DNA of 63,382 nucleotides, taken from assembly GCA_903834625.1 (NCBI GenBank), contig CAILJQ010000265.1, positions 1-63,382 on the forward strand, given 5' to 3'. The notes under the pieces are model-generated. The model was not told the DNA's origin and made no database searches. It was given only the letters and a program-made list of their open reading frames with translations. Source of the stretch: an uncultured Bacteroidota bacterium. GTDB taxonomy: Bacteria; Bacteroidota; Bacteroidia; UKL13-3. Made by a program: the position numbers and the translations under genes. Shown piece by piece: positions 9,773 to 19,677 of the stretch. Within the stretch, counting starts at the first letter, position 1; the number at the start of each line of letters is the position of its first letter.

Positions 9773-10984
9773 TTACTTCTTTTTAGGTGTTTGATTCATA
9801 GGTGTTTTATAGATAACAGCCGAATCTAACTGTTTGTTTTCGCCACCTTTTCCTTTGTTGTTTTCACTTTTATTATCCACAGGTCGAGGCATCAAAATGT
9901 TCTTAAATTTGATGGAGTCTTGTTTGTTAAGTGGACGAATAGCCATGATACTGTCGAGTGATTTTTGGGCAGGACTCATTATTTTGATAGCTTTCTCTGG
10001 TAAAGGCAATAAACTGGAAACATAACGCGCACCAAAGTTTTCGCCTTCTTTCATTTTTGGAGCAATTAAAATATTCCTGTAATCCTTGCTAAAGCATAGG
10101 TCGCGGATATTCATGTCTGGGTATTCAGCTTTTCCAATCAATTTACCAGTGCTTACTTCCCAAACTTTTACCCAACCATCATTGCTTCCTGTTACACAAT
10201 ATTTGCTATCGTCTGTAAAAGCTACTGCAGTTACTTTCCAGCTTTCTACTTTCAATACATGCAATGGTTTCCAAGTTTTTAAGTCCCAAATAATGGCAGT
10301 TTTGTCGTTCGACCCACTGATCATAAATTGATTGTTGGTGCTAATGGCCAAAGCATTTACCGCATCGGTGTGGGCATCTAAAGTCCGAACTATTTTACCT
10401 CCTGCCAAAGCAATGAGCTTGATAGATTTATCTGAATGAGCAACAAAAATATTGGCTGCATTGGGCGATAAACAGAGGTCATTAATACTATTTCCTGTGG
10501 CATAATACTTAATGGGTTTTTGCAACAAAGCATCCCATAACATCAACCTACCTTCACGGTCGCCACTGAATAAAAACTTTCCACTTCTGTCGAATACAAG
10601 CGTGTTAACGGCTGTCATGTGTCTGTTCAACAAATCCTCTTTAATGGGTAAATATTTTCCCAATGAGTCGTAAAAGCGTACCGACATATCTCCTGAAGCA
10701 CTGGCCATCATATTGCCCGATAAGTTGTAGGCGATACAATTGATTTGGGCGGTATGTCCGCTTAATTTTTGAACCAAAGTATACGGACTATCCGTATTGT
10801 AAATGAAAATGGTATTGTCCCAACCAGCCACGGCCATGCGTTTGTATTTGGCAGGACTCATGGCTACTGCATTTAAATCATTGGTGGCACCAGATAAAAT
10901 AAAGGGTTTCGGATTATTGCTTTCTTGGGCAAATCCGGATAAACAAATAAGCAAGGAAAGTGAGCAGAGTAGTTGTTTTACCAT
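9773..10984 (-). CDS. secreted WD40-repeat (beta-propeller) protein
   Basis: 403 aa with a signal peptide (LSGFAQ). It carries repeated WD-like blade endings (IWDL, LWDA, VWEV, SGSNDKTAIIWD) and a basic low-complexity tail. Confidence 0.75.
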   Translation of the reverse strand: MVKQLLCSLSLLICLSGFAQESNNPKPFILSGATNDLNAVAMSPAKYKRMAVAGWDNTIFIYNTDSPYTLVQKLSGHTAQINCIAYNLSGNMMASASGDMSVRFYDSLGKYLPIKEDLLNRHMTAVNTLVFDRSGKFLFSGDREGRLMLWDALLQKPIKYYATGNSINDLCLSPNAANIFVAHSDKSIKLIALAGGKIVRTLDAHTDAVNALAISTNNQFMISGSNDKTAIIWDLKTWKPLHVLKVESWKVTAVAFTDDSKYCVTGSNDGWVKVWEVSTGKLIGKAEYPDMNIRDLCFSKDYRNILIAPKMKEGENFGARYVSSLLPLPEKAIKIMSPAQKSLDSIMAIRPLNKQDSIKFKNILMPRPVDNKSENNKGKGGENKQLDSAVIYKTPMNQTPKKK

Positions 10985-11043
10985 GCCGCAAAAATAGCCT
11001 TTTCAAGCACTTTTTTAAGAAAAAATAAGGGTGCTAAGCTCCT

Positions 11044-11340
11044 TTACAAGAAAAATTTCAGGAGCACAATCACAAAGCCATACAAAAAGGTAGAGAGAAT
11101 GATTCCTCTTGCGCTCAGGTATTTATCAAATTGAATGAATAAATAAAATACACCTAAATTGATCACGCAACACAAGCTCAATAGAGGTGATAGGATCTTT
11201 TCTTTAACAGATAAGTCGAGAAAATCTCTGAGTTCTGTGGTTTGAAAATTAAAATAATAAAACAACAAAATACCTATACTTGGACTAAGCAGTCCAATGA
11301 GGATTCCTACAACTAAGTTATCTTTTAAATTAATTCTCAT
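11044..11340 (-). CDS. small hypothetical membrane protein
   Basis: About 98 aa, three hydrophobic helices. The start is taken at MRINLKD (ATG 11340-11338), which overlaps the surE stop by 11 nt. Confidence 0.45.
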   Translation of the reverse strand: MRINLKDNLVVGILIGLLSPSIGILLFYYFNFQTTELRDFLDLSVKEKILSPLLSLCCVINLGVFYLFIQFDKYLSARGIILSTFLYGFVIVLLKFFL

Positions 11341-12109
11341 GCGTAATATTCCATTGATTGATAAACCCGATGGCATTGTGTGCGGTTAAATCATATTGCA
11401 CAGGTACAATACTGCAATATCCATTTGCCAATGCCCATTCATCTGTATCATTTCCCTTGTCGTAATTTACAAATTTTCCTGTTAACCAATAATATTTTTT
11501 ACCATTGGGGTCATTTCTTTCGTCAAAATCTTCCTCCCATTTGGCGTGGGCTTGCCTGCACACTTTCACACCCATAAAGATATCTTCGCTCACTTTTGGA
11601 ATGTTTACATTGAGCAAAACGCCTGGAGGCAATCCACTGCTTAAAATGTTTTTAGCAACAGAGGCGGCAATCTTGGCGGCTAAGGTAAAATCTGCTTCAT
11701 AAGCAAAATCACATAAGCTAAAGCCAGCAGCAGGTATTCCTTCTATGGCACCTTCCATGGCAGCACTCATGGTACCGCTATATAATATATTGATAGAACT
11801 GTTTGAACCGTGGTTGATACCAGATAACAACAAATCTGGTTTGCGATGCAATACTTTATCTACCGCAATTTTCACACAATCTGCGGGCGTGCCACTGCAT
11901 TGGTAAGAGTGGATGTCGCCATAAATTTTGGTTTTCTCTAAGCGTAGAGGTTTGCTAATAGTAACGGCATGCCCCATGGCGCTTTGCGGACTGTCTGGCG
12001 CAACTACAACTACTTCGCCCAAATGCTTAACAGCCTCTACCAATGCGCGTATTCCAGGTGCTGTAATACCATCATCATTAGAAATGAGAATTAAAGGTCT
12101 TTGGGTCAT
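11330..12109 (-). CDS. surE: 5'/3'-nucleotidase SurE
   Basis: 259 aa with the N-terminal ILISNDDGITAPGI motif and GINHGSN. Confidence 0.9.
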   Translation of the reverse strand: MTQRPLILISNDDGITAPGIRALVEAVKHLGEVVVVAPDSPQSAMGHAVTISKPLRLEKTKIYGDIHSYQCSGTPADCVKIAVDKVLHRKPDLLLSGINHGSNSSINILYSGTMSAAMEGAIEGIPAAGFSLCDFAYEADFTLAAKIAASVAKNILSSGLPPGVLLNVNIPKVSEDIFMGVKVCRQAHAKWEEDFDERNDPNGKKYYWLTGKFVNYDKGNDTDEWALANGYCSIVPVQYDLTAHNAIGFINQWNITHEN

Positions 12110-12165
12110 ATTGGCTGCGAAGCTACAAGATAAAATTAAAATTAAATAGCCTCTTATGTAAAGCT

Positions 12166-13710
12166 TTAAAAAGGAGCAGGGTTAAAATGATCATGTGATT
12201 CATCTTCCTCATTGAGTTTAGAACTAATGGTAATGAATCCAGGATTGTCTACCATCATATCATGACTGGTTTGGATATAAGAGTCTTCCATTAAATCGGT
12301 AAACTTGGTAAAGTCGTTGATAAAACGCAAACGGATATTTTCTAAGGCACCATGACGGTTTTTGGCAATCATTACTTCTGCCTGTCCTGCTGTTGGTTCT
12401 CCATCTTCCCATTCTGCCAACTGGTAATACTCCGGACGGTAGATAAACATTACCATATCTGCATCTTGCTCAATGGAACCAGATTCACGTAAGTCTGATA
12501 ACATCGGTCGGTTTGACGAGGAAGTTCTTCTCTCTGTCATACGACTCAGCTGAGAGAGAGCGATAACCGGAACATCTAATTCTTTGGCCAATGCTTTTAA
12601 CGACCTAGAGATATAACTCACTTCTTGTTCGCGGTTACCATTTTTAACGTTGGCATCGTCGCCGCGCATCAATTGCAAATAATCTATCAGTACCATTTGG
12701 ATATTGCTCTGCTGTTTTAAACGGCGGCATTTAGCGCGTAATTCAAAAACAGAAAGGGCAGGGGTATCGTCAATAAAGATAGGAGCTTCACTTAAACGGG
12801 CAATCTTTGAATTGAGTTGCGCCCATTCGTAATCTTTCAATTCACCTGTTCTTAATTTATGTCCGTGTATCTCTGCCTCAGAAGAAATCATCCTGCTCAC
12901 CATTTGTTTGTTACCCATCTCTAAAGAGAAAATGGCAACGGCACGCGGACTTTCGCCTTCACCCAAACTTTCTAAGGAAGCATTTCGGGCGATACTTAAC
13001 GCAAAGGCGGTCTTACCCATACCTGGTCTCGCTGCCACAATAATTAAATCTGATTTTTGGAAACCTGAGGTGATGCGGTCTAATTTGCTTAAGCCAGAAG
13101 GCACACCCGTAAATTTACCGGTTTTGTGTTTCAGTTCTTCAATGTCTTTCAAGGTATCTTTAATTACCTTGTTCATAGATTGCATAGATTTTTTGATATT
13201 GCCTTGAGAGAGTTCAAACAACTTTCTCTCTGCGCTATCTAATAAATCAAAAGCATCATTGCTGTCTTCAAAAGCATCGGTTTGAATTTCACCAGAGATA
13301 CGAATGAGTTCTCTTTGTAAAAACTTCTCAGAGATAATCCTCGCATGAAATTCAATATTGGCCGCAGAAGCTACGCGATTTGTTAATTGGGTAATATAAA
13401 AGGCACCACCCACCAGATCGAGTTGACCTTTCTTACGTAAATCTGTTGTAACCGTTAAAATATCTATAGGTTCAGCATTAGAAGCCAAATCGCGAATAGA
13501 TTGATAGATGATACCATGGGCATCTTTATAAAAACTGTTGGGCGTAAGAATTTCGCCAATAAGGGTAATGGCGTGTTTCTCTATCATGAGGGCTCCCAAT
13601 ACAGCCTCTTCAAGGTCTATAGCTTGAGGTGGAATTTTACTACCTTCTGTTAAAATATTGGGCGTAACACTTGTCTTTCTTCTTCTTTGATATCCTTTTT
13701 CTTCCTGCAT
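12166..13710 (-). CDS. dnaB: replicative DNA helicase DnaB
   Basis: 514 aa with the N-terminal PPQAIDLEEAVLGALM motif and Walker A AARPGMGKTAF. No intein-sized insertion is present. Confidence 0.95.
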   Translation of the reverse strand: MQEEKGYQRRRKTSVTPNILTEGSKIPPQAIDLEEAVLGALMIEKHAITLIGEILTPNSFYKDAHGIIYQSIRDLASNAEPIDILTVTTDLRKKGQLDLVGGAFYITQLTNRVASAANIEFHARIISEKFLQRELIRISGEIQTDAFEDSNDAFDLLDSAERKLFELSQGNIKKSMQSMNKVIKDTLKDIEELKHKTGKFTGVPSGLSKLDRITSGFQKSDLIIVAARPGMGKTAFALSIARNASLESLGEGESPRAVAIFSLEMGNKQMVSRMISSEAEIHGHKLRTGELKDYEWAQLNSKIARLSEAPIFIDDTPALSVFELRAKCRRLKQQSNIQMVLIDYLQLMRGDDANVKNGNREQEVSYISRSLKALAKELDVPVIALSQLSRMTERRTSSSNRPMLSDLRESGSIEQDADMVMFIYRPEYYQLAEWEDGEPTAGQAEVMIAKNRHGALENIRLRFINDFTKFTDLMEDSYIQTSHDMMVDNPGFITISSKLNEEDESHDHFNPAPF

Positions 13711-14062
13711 GGTTCAATTCAATGTGTCGAATATACTTCCTATCTCTGTTTGGGTAAAATGCATTTAAGATGTACACACGCCTAATTTTGCTGGGGATAA
13801 CCTGTTGGTTACTTTGTGTAATTTAATTCATTTATCTGTAAATCAGTTGTCAATTTATGCACATGTCTCTTAACAAGCTTTAATAACTTTGGCTACCTCT
13901 CAGGCACTTGGATGCTTCACTTTCACCACTACTTTTTTTATCAACCAACAATGGGAATAAAATTAGTTTCAGATATGCTGCAACCTTGCTTGCAAAATTG
14001 CTTGGCACTTTTGAAAATCATCATTAAAGTGGTTTCTTCGCTAAAATTAAAATCACAGAAGC

Positions 14063-15091
14063 GTGCCGGCAGATAGCATACAAGAATATGGGAAAATAAT
14101 TCAGGAGTTAAAATCGCGGAGGTTTTATCCTGTGTATCTTTTGCATGGGGAAGAGTCGTATTTCATCGATGAAATTGTAAATTACATAGAGAACAATGTA
14201 CTCACAGAAGCCGAAAAAGCATTTAACCAAACAGTTTTTTATGCCAAAGATGTAGAGGTTTCTTCTGTGATAGAAAGTGCGCGCAGGTATCCCATGATGG
14301 CCAATCACCAGGTGATTGTGGTGAAAGAAGCGCAGGGCTTTAAGAAATTAGATGAGTTTGAATCCTATTTTGAAAACCCAGTTCCTACCACCATCCTGGT
14401 GATATGTGTGAAGGGCAAAAAAGTGGATGGCAGAAGCAAATTGTTTAAGGCCAGCAAGAAGTTTGTAAGTTTTGAATCGAAGCGCTTGTATGAAGACAGC
14501 GAATTGCCTCAATGGATCAAACAATATTTGGGCGATAGAAAACTGCAAATAAGCGAGGCCAACTGCATGCTCATTGCCGATCATGTAGGTAGCGATTTAA
14601 GCAAAGTGGCCAACGAACTCGATAAACTCATCATCAACAAAGGCGAACTCACAGAAGTGAATGAAGCCATGATTGAAAAGTATATTGGAATCAGTAAAGA
14701 ATTTAACGTGTTTGAAATGTTAACGGCTTTGGCTAATAGAAACAACAAACGCATTTTTTACATCAACCACCACATGAGCAGTGCCAAAGATTTTTCCATC
14801 ATACCCCTGCTATCGCAATTCAATAGTTTTTTTATGAAAGGGGTGGTGTTGAAACAAACTCAGGTTAAAGACCAAAAGGGCATGATGGCTATAGGAATTG
14901 GGTTCAGACAAATAAGAGATTTTGAAAAATTATTGTCAAATTATAGTCTGGCAGAATTAGAAAATGCCATGGCCTTGGTGGCCGAGTACGACCTAAAAAG
15001 CAAGGGCGTGAACCAAATGAATGTGGGTGATAGTGAATTAATGAAGGAGCTATTGTTTAAAATACTCTATAGACCTACCCTTGCCAATTAA
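14063..15091 (+). CDS. holA: DNA polymerase III subunit delta
   Basis: 342 aa with N-terminal ...FYPVYLLHGEESYFID, typical of HolA. GTG at 14063 is the only start available after the in-frame stop at 14048-14050. Confidence 0.8.
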   Translation: MPADSIQEYGKIIQELKSRRFYPVYLLHGEESYFIDEIVNYIENNVLTEAEKAFNQTVFYAKDVEVSSVIESARRYPMMANHQVIVVKEAQGFKKLDEFESYFENPVPTTILVICVKGKKVDGRSKLFKASKKFVSFESKRLYEDSELPQWIKQYLGDRKLQISEANCMLIADHVGSDLSKVANELDKLIINKGELTEVNEAMIEKYIGISKEFNVFEMLTALANRNNKRIFYINHHMSSAKDFSIIPLLSQFNSFFMKGVVLKQTQVKDQKGMMAIGIGFRQIRDFEKLLSNYSLAELENAMALVAEYDLKSKGVNQMNVGDSELMKELLFKILYRPTLAN

Positions 15092-15156
15092 ATCATAATA
15101 TCCCTAATGTGGGTTTATTTGACCTTTCGAAAACTTTTTTTTTATTCGCTTTTTTA

Positions 15157-15164
15157 TACATTTG
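15157..15164 (+). promoter_or_regulatory. candidate Bacteroidota -7 promoter box (TACATTTG = TAnnTTTG)
   Basis: Exact match to the TAnnTTTG consensus, 35 nt upstream of the ATG at 15199. No clear -33 TTG partner was found. Confidence 0.3.
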
Positions 15165-15198
15165 AAAAATACAAGCATAAACACCTAATTTATATACA

Positions 15199-17067
15199 AT
15201 GAAAAAAATCTACTTAATGGCTCTTTCTCTAGTTTCTGTGGCAGTGATGGCCCAGAAGCCAGTACTTAATGGCCCCAATGTGGTAAATCAGTCTGTAAAA
15301 ACTACAGACAAACCGGTTGCTTCTCCAGTTCAAACTGGCGTGGGTACAGGTTTTACAAGCAAATCTCTTGGAAAAAAATCTTTTGCTTCCAAAGTAGGCG
15401 AAACCCAAAATGACCAACAAACCAATGCCAGTATCTACCGTCATATCCAATTATTAGATGGTGGTAAAGTTTCAATTACTTGGACAACCAGTTCTGATCC
15501 TGCTCCATATTCTTCACGTGGTTCAGGTTATAACCATTTTAATGGTACCACTTGGGGCGCTGTAAACTCATTAAAAATTGAACCAGAAAGATGTGGTTTC
15601 CCTAACTACGTGTACAACCCAACTACCAATGAAGAGATTATTACCTCTCATATTGTAAAGGCTGGTACAGGTAATGCTGGTGGTATTATGATGAACCGCA
15701 AATCAGGAGTTGGTCCTGGTACTTGGACAAGCACTACCATTTTAGATACAACCGCAACTATTCCTGGTGTATTGTGGAACCAAACGGCTATCTCTGGCGA
15801 TTACATGATTGTGATTGCTTCTTATACAGATAGCTCTTCAACACAGCCTAACCGTGTAGTTAAAAATGGTGTTCGTACACCACAGGTTTATTCAAGATAC
15901 CAATTTAGTACCAATACTTGGTTGGTTAAAAATGAGTGCTTGCCTGGTTACGACAATTCACGTGTTTACGCAGGTGGTGGAGATAACTACTCTATTGATG
16001 CAAATGGTAGCACTGTGGCTATCCTTTTAGGAGGTTTAACAGACGACTTAGCATTATGGAAATCTACTGATGCTGGTGCAACTTGGACAAAAACTATTAT
16101 TGATTCGTTTCCTGTTGCTGCTTATGATTACAAGCAATTGGTTGATACTTCAAATACCAATGATGGTGCTGTGAATGTATTGGTTGATAATGCTGGTAAT
16201 GCACATTGCTTCTGGGCGCGTGCAAGGGTATTAGATAACAACCTAGATGATGCAAGCATTTCTTATTTCCCTGGTCAAAATGCTATTTTATATTGGAAAG
16301 ACAATACACCTTTAGATTCTGCAGGTATTATTGGTGGTATGCCAGATGAGAACGCTAACGGTGCTTTAGATTTAAGCAGCAACTGGAATGATGCTGGTGC
16401 TAAATATGGTAACCACTCTATTGCAACCATGCCTTACAGTGCTTTGGATGCTAATGGAAATATCTTCGTAATTTACAGCGCGCTTACAGAAGATGATATT
16501 TCTACAGACAACAAAAACTTCCGCGATATCTATGTTCAATATTCTAAAGATGGTGGTGCTACTTGGAGTGGTATCAAGAATTTAACCAGCTGGTTAGGTT
16601 TAAACGTAGAGCAAATTTTTGGTTCAGCTTCAAAAAGAATGGACGGTCGTTTACACCTTACCTTCTTGCAAAAAACTTCTATTGGAAGATATGATGCTAC
16701 CAACAATCCAGGTGCTGCAGGTATTCATGATGTAATGTACATGGTAGTTGATACTGCTGATATTTTTGGTACTTTAACTTCTATTGGTGAAGTAAAAATG
16801 AACAACGAATTATTTACTGTTGGTCAGAACTATCCTAACCCAATGGTAAATGCAACTTCTATTCCTGTTAATTTCAAATCTGCTGCTGATGTAAAAGTAA
16901 GCGTAATTGATTTAACTGGTAAAGTAGTATTTGAAGGTAACTACAACAATATCCCTGCAGGCAGCAGCTCAATTGATTTGCAATTGAACAACCTGAGCTC
17001 AGGTGTGTATGTATATACTGTGGAAGCAGAAGGTTTCAAAACCTCTCGCCGCATGTTAGTTGACTAA
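15199..17067 (+). CDS. T9SS-secreted BNR/Asp-box (sialidase-like beta-propeller) protein
   Basis: 622 aa with a signal peptide and Asp-box motifs STDAGATWTK and SKDGGATWSG. The C-terminal roughly 80 aa match the Por/T9SS sorting domain pattern (QNYPNP...VSVIDLTGKVV...SGVYVYTVEAEG). Confidence 0.75.
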   Translation: MKKIYLMALSLVSVAVMAQKPVLNGPNVVNQSVKTTDKPVASPVQTGVGTGFTSKSLGKKSFASKVGETQNDQQTNASIYRHIQLLDGGKVSITWTTSSDPAPYSSRGSGYNHFNGTTWGAVNSLKIEPERCGFPNYVYNPTTNEEIITSHIVKAGTGNAGGIMMNRKSGVGPGTWTSTTILDTTATIPGVLWNQTAISGDYMIVIASYTDSSSTQPNRVVKNGVRTPQVYSRYQFSTNTWLVKNECLPGYDNSRVYAGGGDNYSIDANGSTVAILLGGLTDDLALWKSTDAGATWTKTIIDSFPVAAYDYKQLVDTSNTNDGAVNVLVDNAGNAHCFWARARVLDNNLDDASISYFPGQNAILYWKDNTPLDSAGIIGGMPDENANGALDLSSNWNDAGAKYGNHSIATMPYSALDANGNIFVIYSALTEDDISTDNKNFRDIYVQYSKDGGATWSGIKNLTSWLGLNVEQIFGSASKRMDGRLHLTFLQKTSIGRYDATNNPGAAGIHDVMYMVVDTADIFGTLTSIGEVKMNNELFTVGQNYPNPMVNATSIPVNFKSAADVKVSVIDLTGKVVFEGNYNNIPAGSSSIDLQLNNLSSGVYVYTVEAEGFKTSRRMLVD

Positions 17068-17091
17068 TATCATTTAAACATATTAAATACA

Positions 17092-17124
17092 AAAGGCAAC
17101 CATTGGTTGCCTTTTGTATTTTTG
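17092..17124 (+). terminator. rho-independent terminator
   Basis: Hairpin AAAGGCAAC-cattg-GTTGCCTTT followed by TGTATTTTT, 25 nt after the stop at 17067. Confidence 0.6.
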
Positions 17125-17128
17125 TACC

Positions 17129-18115
17129 ATGGAGAAAAAACCTGAGAATATTATTCGTCTGCAATTTTTGGTATTGCTATCGGGCATTGTGCTTATGGCC
17201 ATCAAATTTGTGGCACACCTTATTACAGGTAGCAATGCCATATTAAGTGATGCCTTAGAATCTATCATCAATGTAGCTGCTGGATTTTTTGCTTTATATA
17301 GCCTTTGGTTATCTAAACAACCCAAAGATGAAAACCATCCTTATGGTCATGGTAAAATAGAATTTATCTCGGCTGGTTTTGAGGGAGGAATGATTGTATT
17401 GGCTGCTATATATATCTTATTTGAAGCCGTTCATTCTTTTATCAATCCTACTGAGGTGAAGCAATTAGACATAGGTATTTATCTGGTAGCTTTTTCGGGT
17501 GCAGTGAATTTTATCATGGGTATTTTATTGGTCAAAGCCGGCAAAAGAAACAAAGCAGAGGCCATGGTGGCAGATGGCAAACATTTAATGACCGATACCT
17601 ATACCAGTATGGGTTTGGTGCTTGGATTGGTATTGGTTCAGTACACCCACATGTTGTGGTTAGATGGAATAATTGCCATGTTAATGGGTTGCATGATTTT
17701 GGTTACAGGTTACCAATTGTTACGCAAATCATTGGCAGGTTTAATGGATGAAACCGACCCAGAAATAATTGCAGATTTGCTGATAGTCCTGAACCAAAAC
17801 AGAAAAACCTCTTGGATTGATATGCATAATTTAAGGGTTGTAAAATATGGAGCCAATTACCACATGGATGCACATATTACCTTGCCTTGGTATTGGAGTT
17901 TAGAAGAGGCGCATGAAGAAGTTTCTGCCGTTGATAGGTTGGTGGCAGATAAATTTCATAAAGATATTGAATTGTTCTTACATGCAGATCCATGCATTCC
18001 TACTTCTTGCAGCATTTGTGAGTTGAGCAATTGTGCAGAAAGAAAGCAGCCCTTCCAAACCAGAATGGTATGGGATGAGGCCAATTTATTGAGCAATAAA
18101 AAACACCAGATATAG
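17129..18115 (+). CDS. cation diffusion facilitator (CDF) family metal transporter
   Basis: Six TM helices plus a cytoplasmic C-domain, with the metal-site motifs LSDALESIINV and HLMTD. The start is taken at MEKKPEN (ATG 17129), because the ORF-track start lies inside the upstream terminator. Confidence 0.85.
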   Translation: MEKKPENIIRLQFLVLLSGIVLMAIKFVAHLITGSNAILSDALESIINVAAGFFALYSLWLSKQPKDENHPYGHGKIEFISAGFEGGMIVLAAIYILFEAVHSFINPTEVKQLDIGIYLVAFSGAVNFIMGILLVKAGKRNKAEAMVADGKHLMTDTYTSMGLVLGLVLVQYTHMLWLDGIIAMLMGCMILVTGYQLLRKSLAGLMDETDPEIIADLLIVLNQNRKTSWIDMHNLRVVKYGANYHMDAHITLPWYWSLEEAHEEVSAVDRLVADKFHKDIELFLHADPCIPTSCSICELSNCAERKQPFQTRMVWDEANLLSNKKHQI

Positions 18116-18121
18116 GCTTGC

Positions 18122-19525
18122 TTAGCCGTTGAATATTTTCCCTGGATTTAATATACCCATTGGGTCAAATGCCTGCTTAATACCACGCATCAATTGCAAA
18201 TTGGTTTCTGGCATTACTACACGCATAAACTTTTGTTGAACCAATCCTATACCATGTTCGCCGCTTATAGTTCCATGGAGCTTTTTGCATAAGGAGAAAA
18301 TTTCAACAATGGCTGCATTGAGTTCTTTGTTCCAAAATTCATCACTCAATTGGTCTTTCAAAATATTTACATGAAGGTTGCCATCTCCTGCATGTCCATA
18401 ACATACCGTTCTGAACCCATAACGTTTGCCAATTTCTTTTACCCCTTTAAACAAGGTTGGCAGTTCGGCTCGTGGCACAACAGTATCTTCTTCTTTGTAG
18501 GTATTGTTATGTTTGGTAGCTTCACCAATGGTTCTGCGCAATTTCCAGAAATATTCTTTTTGGTTGGCCGTTTCAGCAAACAACACATCTATGGCTTGGT
18601 GTTGGTATAGAACCTCACTTATTACTTCACATTCTGTCATCATTTGATCGCCATCATTCCCATCAACTTCTATCAATAAATAGGCACCTACATCTTCTGG
18701 TATGTCAAAATTTACTTGAAGCAATTGAGAGGATAAGCGAAAGCCATCTGGTTCCACAAATTCACAAGCAGATGGATTGGCTCCTGCTAAAAATATTCCA
18801 TTCACAGCTTCGCAAGCTTTTTCAGGAGAGGTAAAAGGAGCCAATAATAACATAGTATTTTTGGGAGCAGGTATGAGTTTTAAAACAATTTTGCTTACAA
18901 TACCCAAGGTACCCTCACTGCCAATCATGAGGTGCGTTAAGTTATATCCTGTAGAATATTTTAAAGTATTGGCTCCTGTTTCAATGATTTCTCCATTGGC
19001 CAATACCACTTCTAGGTTCAGAACGTAATCTCTGGTAGTGCCATATTTAACGGCTCTTGGTCCGCCACTGCTATGCGCAATATTTCCACCAATAAAGCAT
19101 GAGCCTTTACTTGCAGGATCGGGCGGATAAAACAAACCCTTTGCCCTTACAGCTTCTTGCAAGATTTCATTGATTACACCTGGTTCAACAATTACTTGAA
19201 AATTGCGTTCATCTATTTCAATTATTTTGTTCATGCGTTCCAAACTCAATACCACACCACCCATCACAGGCAAAGCCCCACCACTTAATCCTGTACCAGC
19301 ACCTCTGGCCGTAACGGGTATATGGTGTTGGTTGCAATAGCTTAGAACGGCTGAAATTTCTTGGGCATTGGCTGGTTTTACTACCACCTCGGGCGCAAAG
19401 CGCAAGTCTTCTGTATGGTCGTGGGCATAATTTTCTAGGTCTCGGTCTGAACCAAGGGTGTACTCTGGTCCGGTTACTTGAGCAAAATATGCCAAATCAG
19501 CTGTGTCAATTGCCTTAAATTTCAT
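18122..19525 (-). CDS. FAD-linked oxidase (GlcD / D-lactate dehydrogenase-like)
   Basis: 467 aa with an FAD-binding PCMH domain motif, RGAGTGLSGGALP, and a C-terminal GEHGIG motif. Confidence 0.85.
   Translation of the reverse strand: MKFKAIDTADLAYFAQVTGPEYTLGSDRDLENYAHDHTEDLRFAPEVVVKPANAQEISAVLSYCNQHHIPVTARGAGTGLSGGALPVMGGVVLSLERMNKIIEIDERNFQVIVEPGVINEILQEAVRAKGLFYPPDPASKGSCFIGGNIAHSSGGPRAVKYGTTRDYVLNLEVVLANGEIIETGANTLKYSTGYNLTHLMIGSEGTLGIVSKIVLKLIPAPKNTMLLLAPFTSPEKACEAVNGIFLAGANPSACEFVEPDGFRLSSQLLQVNFDIPEDVGAYLLIEVDGNDGDQMMTECEVISEVLYQHQAIDVLFAETANQKEYFWKLRRTIGEATKHNNTYKEEDTVVPRAELPTLFKGVKEIGKRYGFRTVCYGHAGDGNLHVNILKDQLSDEFWNKELNAAIVEIFSLCKKLHGTISGEHGIGLVQQKFMRVVMPETNLQLMRGIKQAFDPMGILNPGKIFNG
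19444..19453 (-). repeat. iterated motif copy GGTTCAGACC
   Basis: The plus strand reads GGTCTGAACC. In the sense of the FAD oxidase gene it encodes LGSDR. Confidence 0.9.
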
Positions 19526-19632
19526 GCTTCAAATATCTGTTTTCCAAGTTGAAATTGCAGACAGGATATGCACAATGATTCTGGGCTAAGTACACTATAG
19601 TAGCTTGAAAGGGTAAATTGGATAAGTGGTGT

Positions 19633-19661
19633 TTGTAATTCTTAATTTTTACTTAGGTTTG
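19633..19661 (+). promoter_or_regulatory. candidate Bacteroidota promoter (TTG-N18-TAGGTTTG)
   Basis: TAGGTTTG at 19654-19661 matches TAnnTTTG. A TTG lies at 19633-19635, 18 nt upstream, and the ATG at 19678 is 16 nt downstream. Confidence 0.35.
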
Positions 19662-19677
19662 AGTCAAATTTTGCATC

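Noticed and set aside
13792-13800. DnaA-box-like TGGGGATAA in the 352-bp dnaB/holA divergent intergenic region, considered as a possible oriC
   Set aside because: It is a single 8-of-9 match with no cluster of boxes, no AT-rich unwinding repeats and no dnaA or dnaN nearby.
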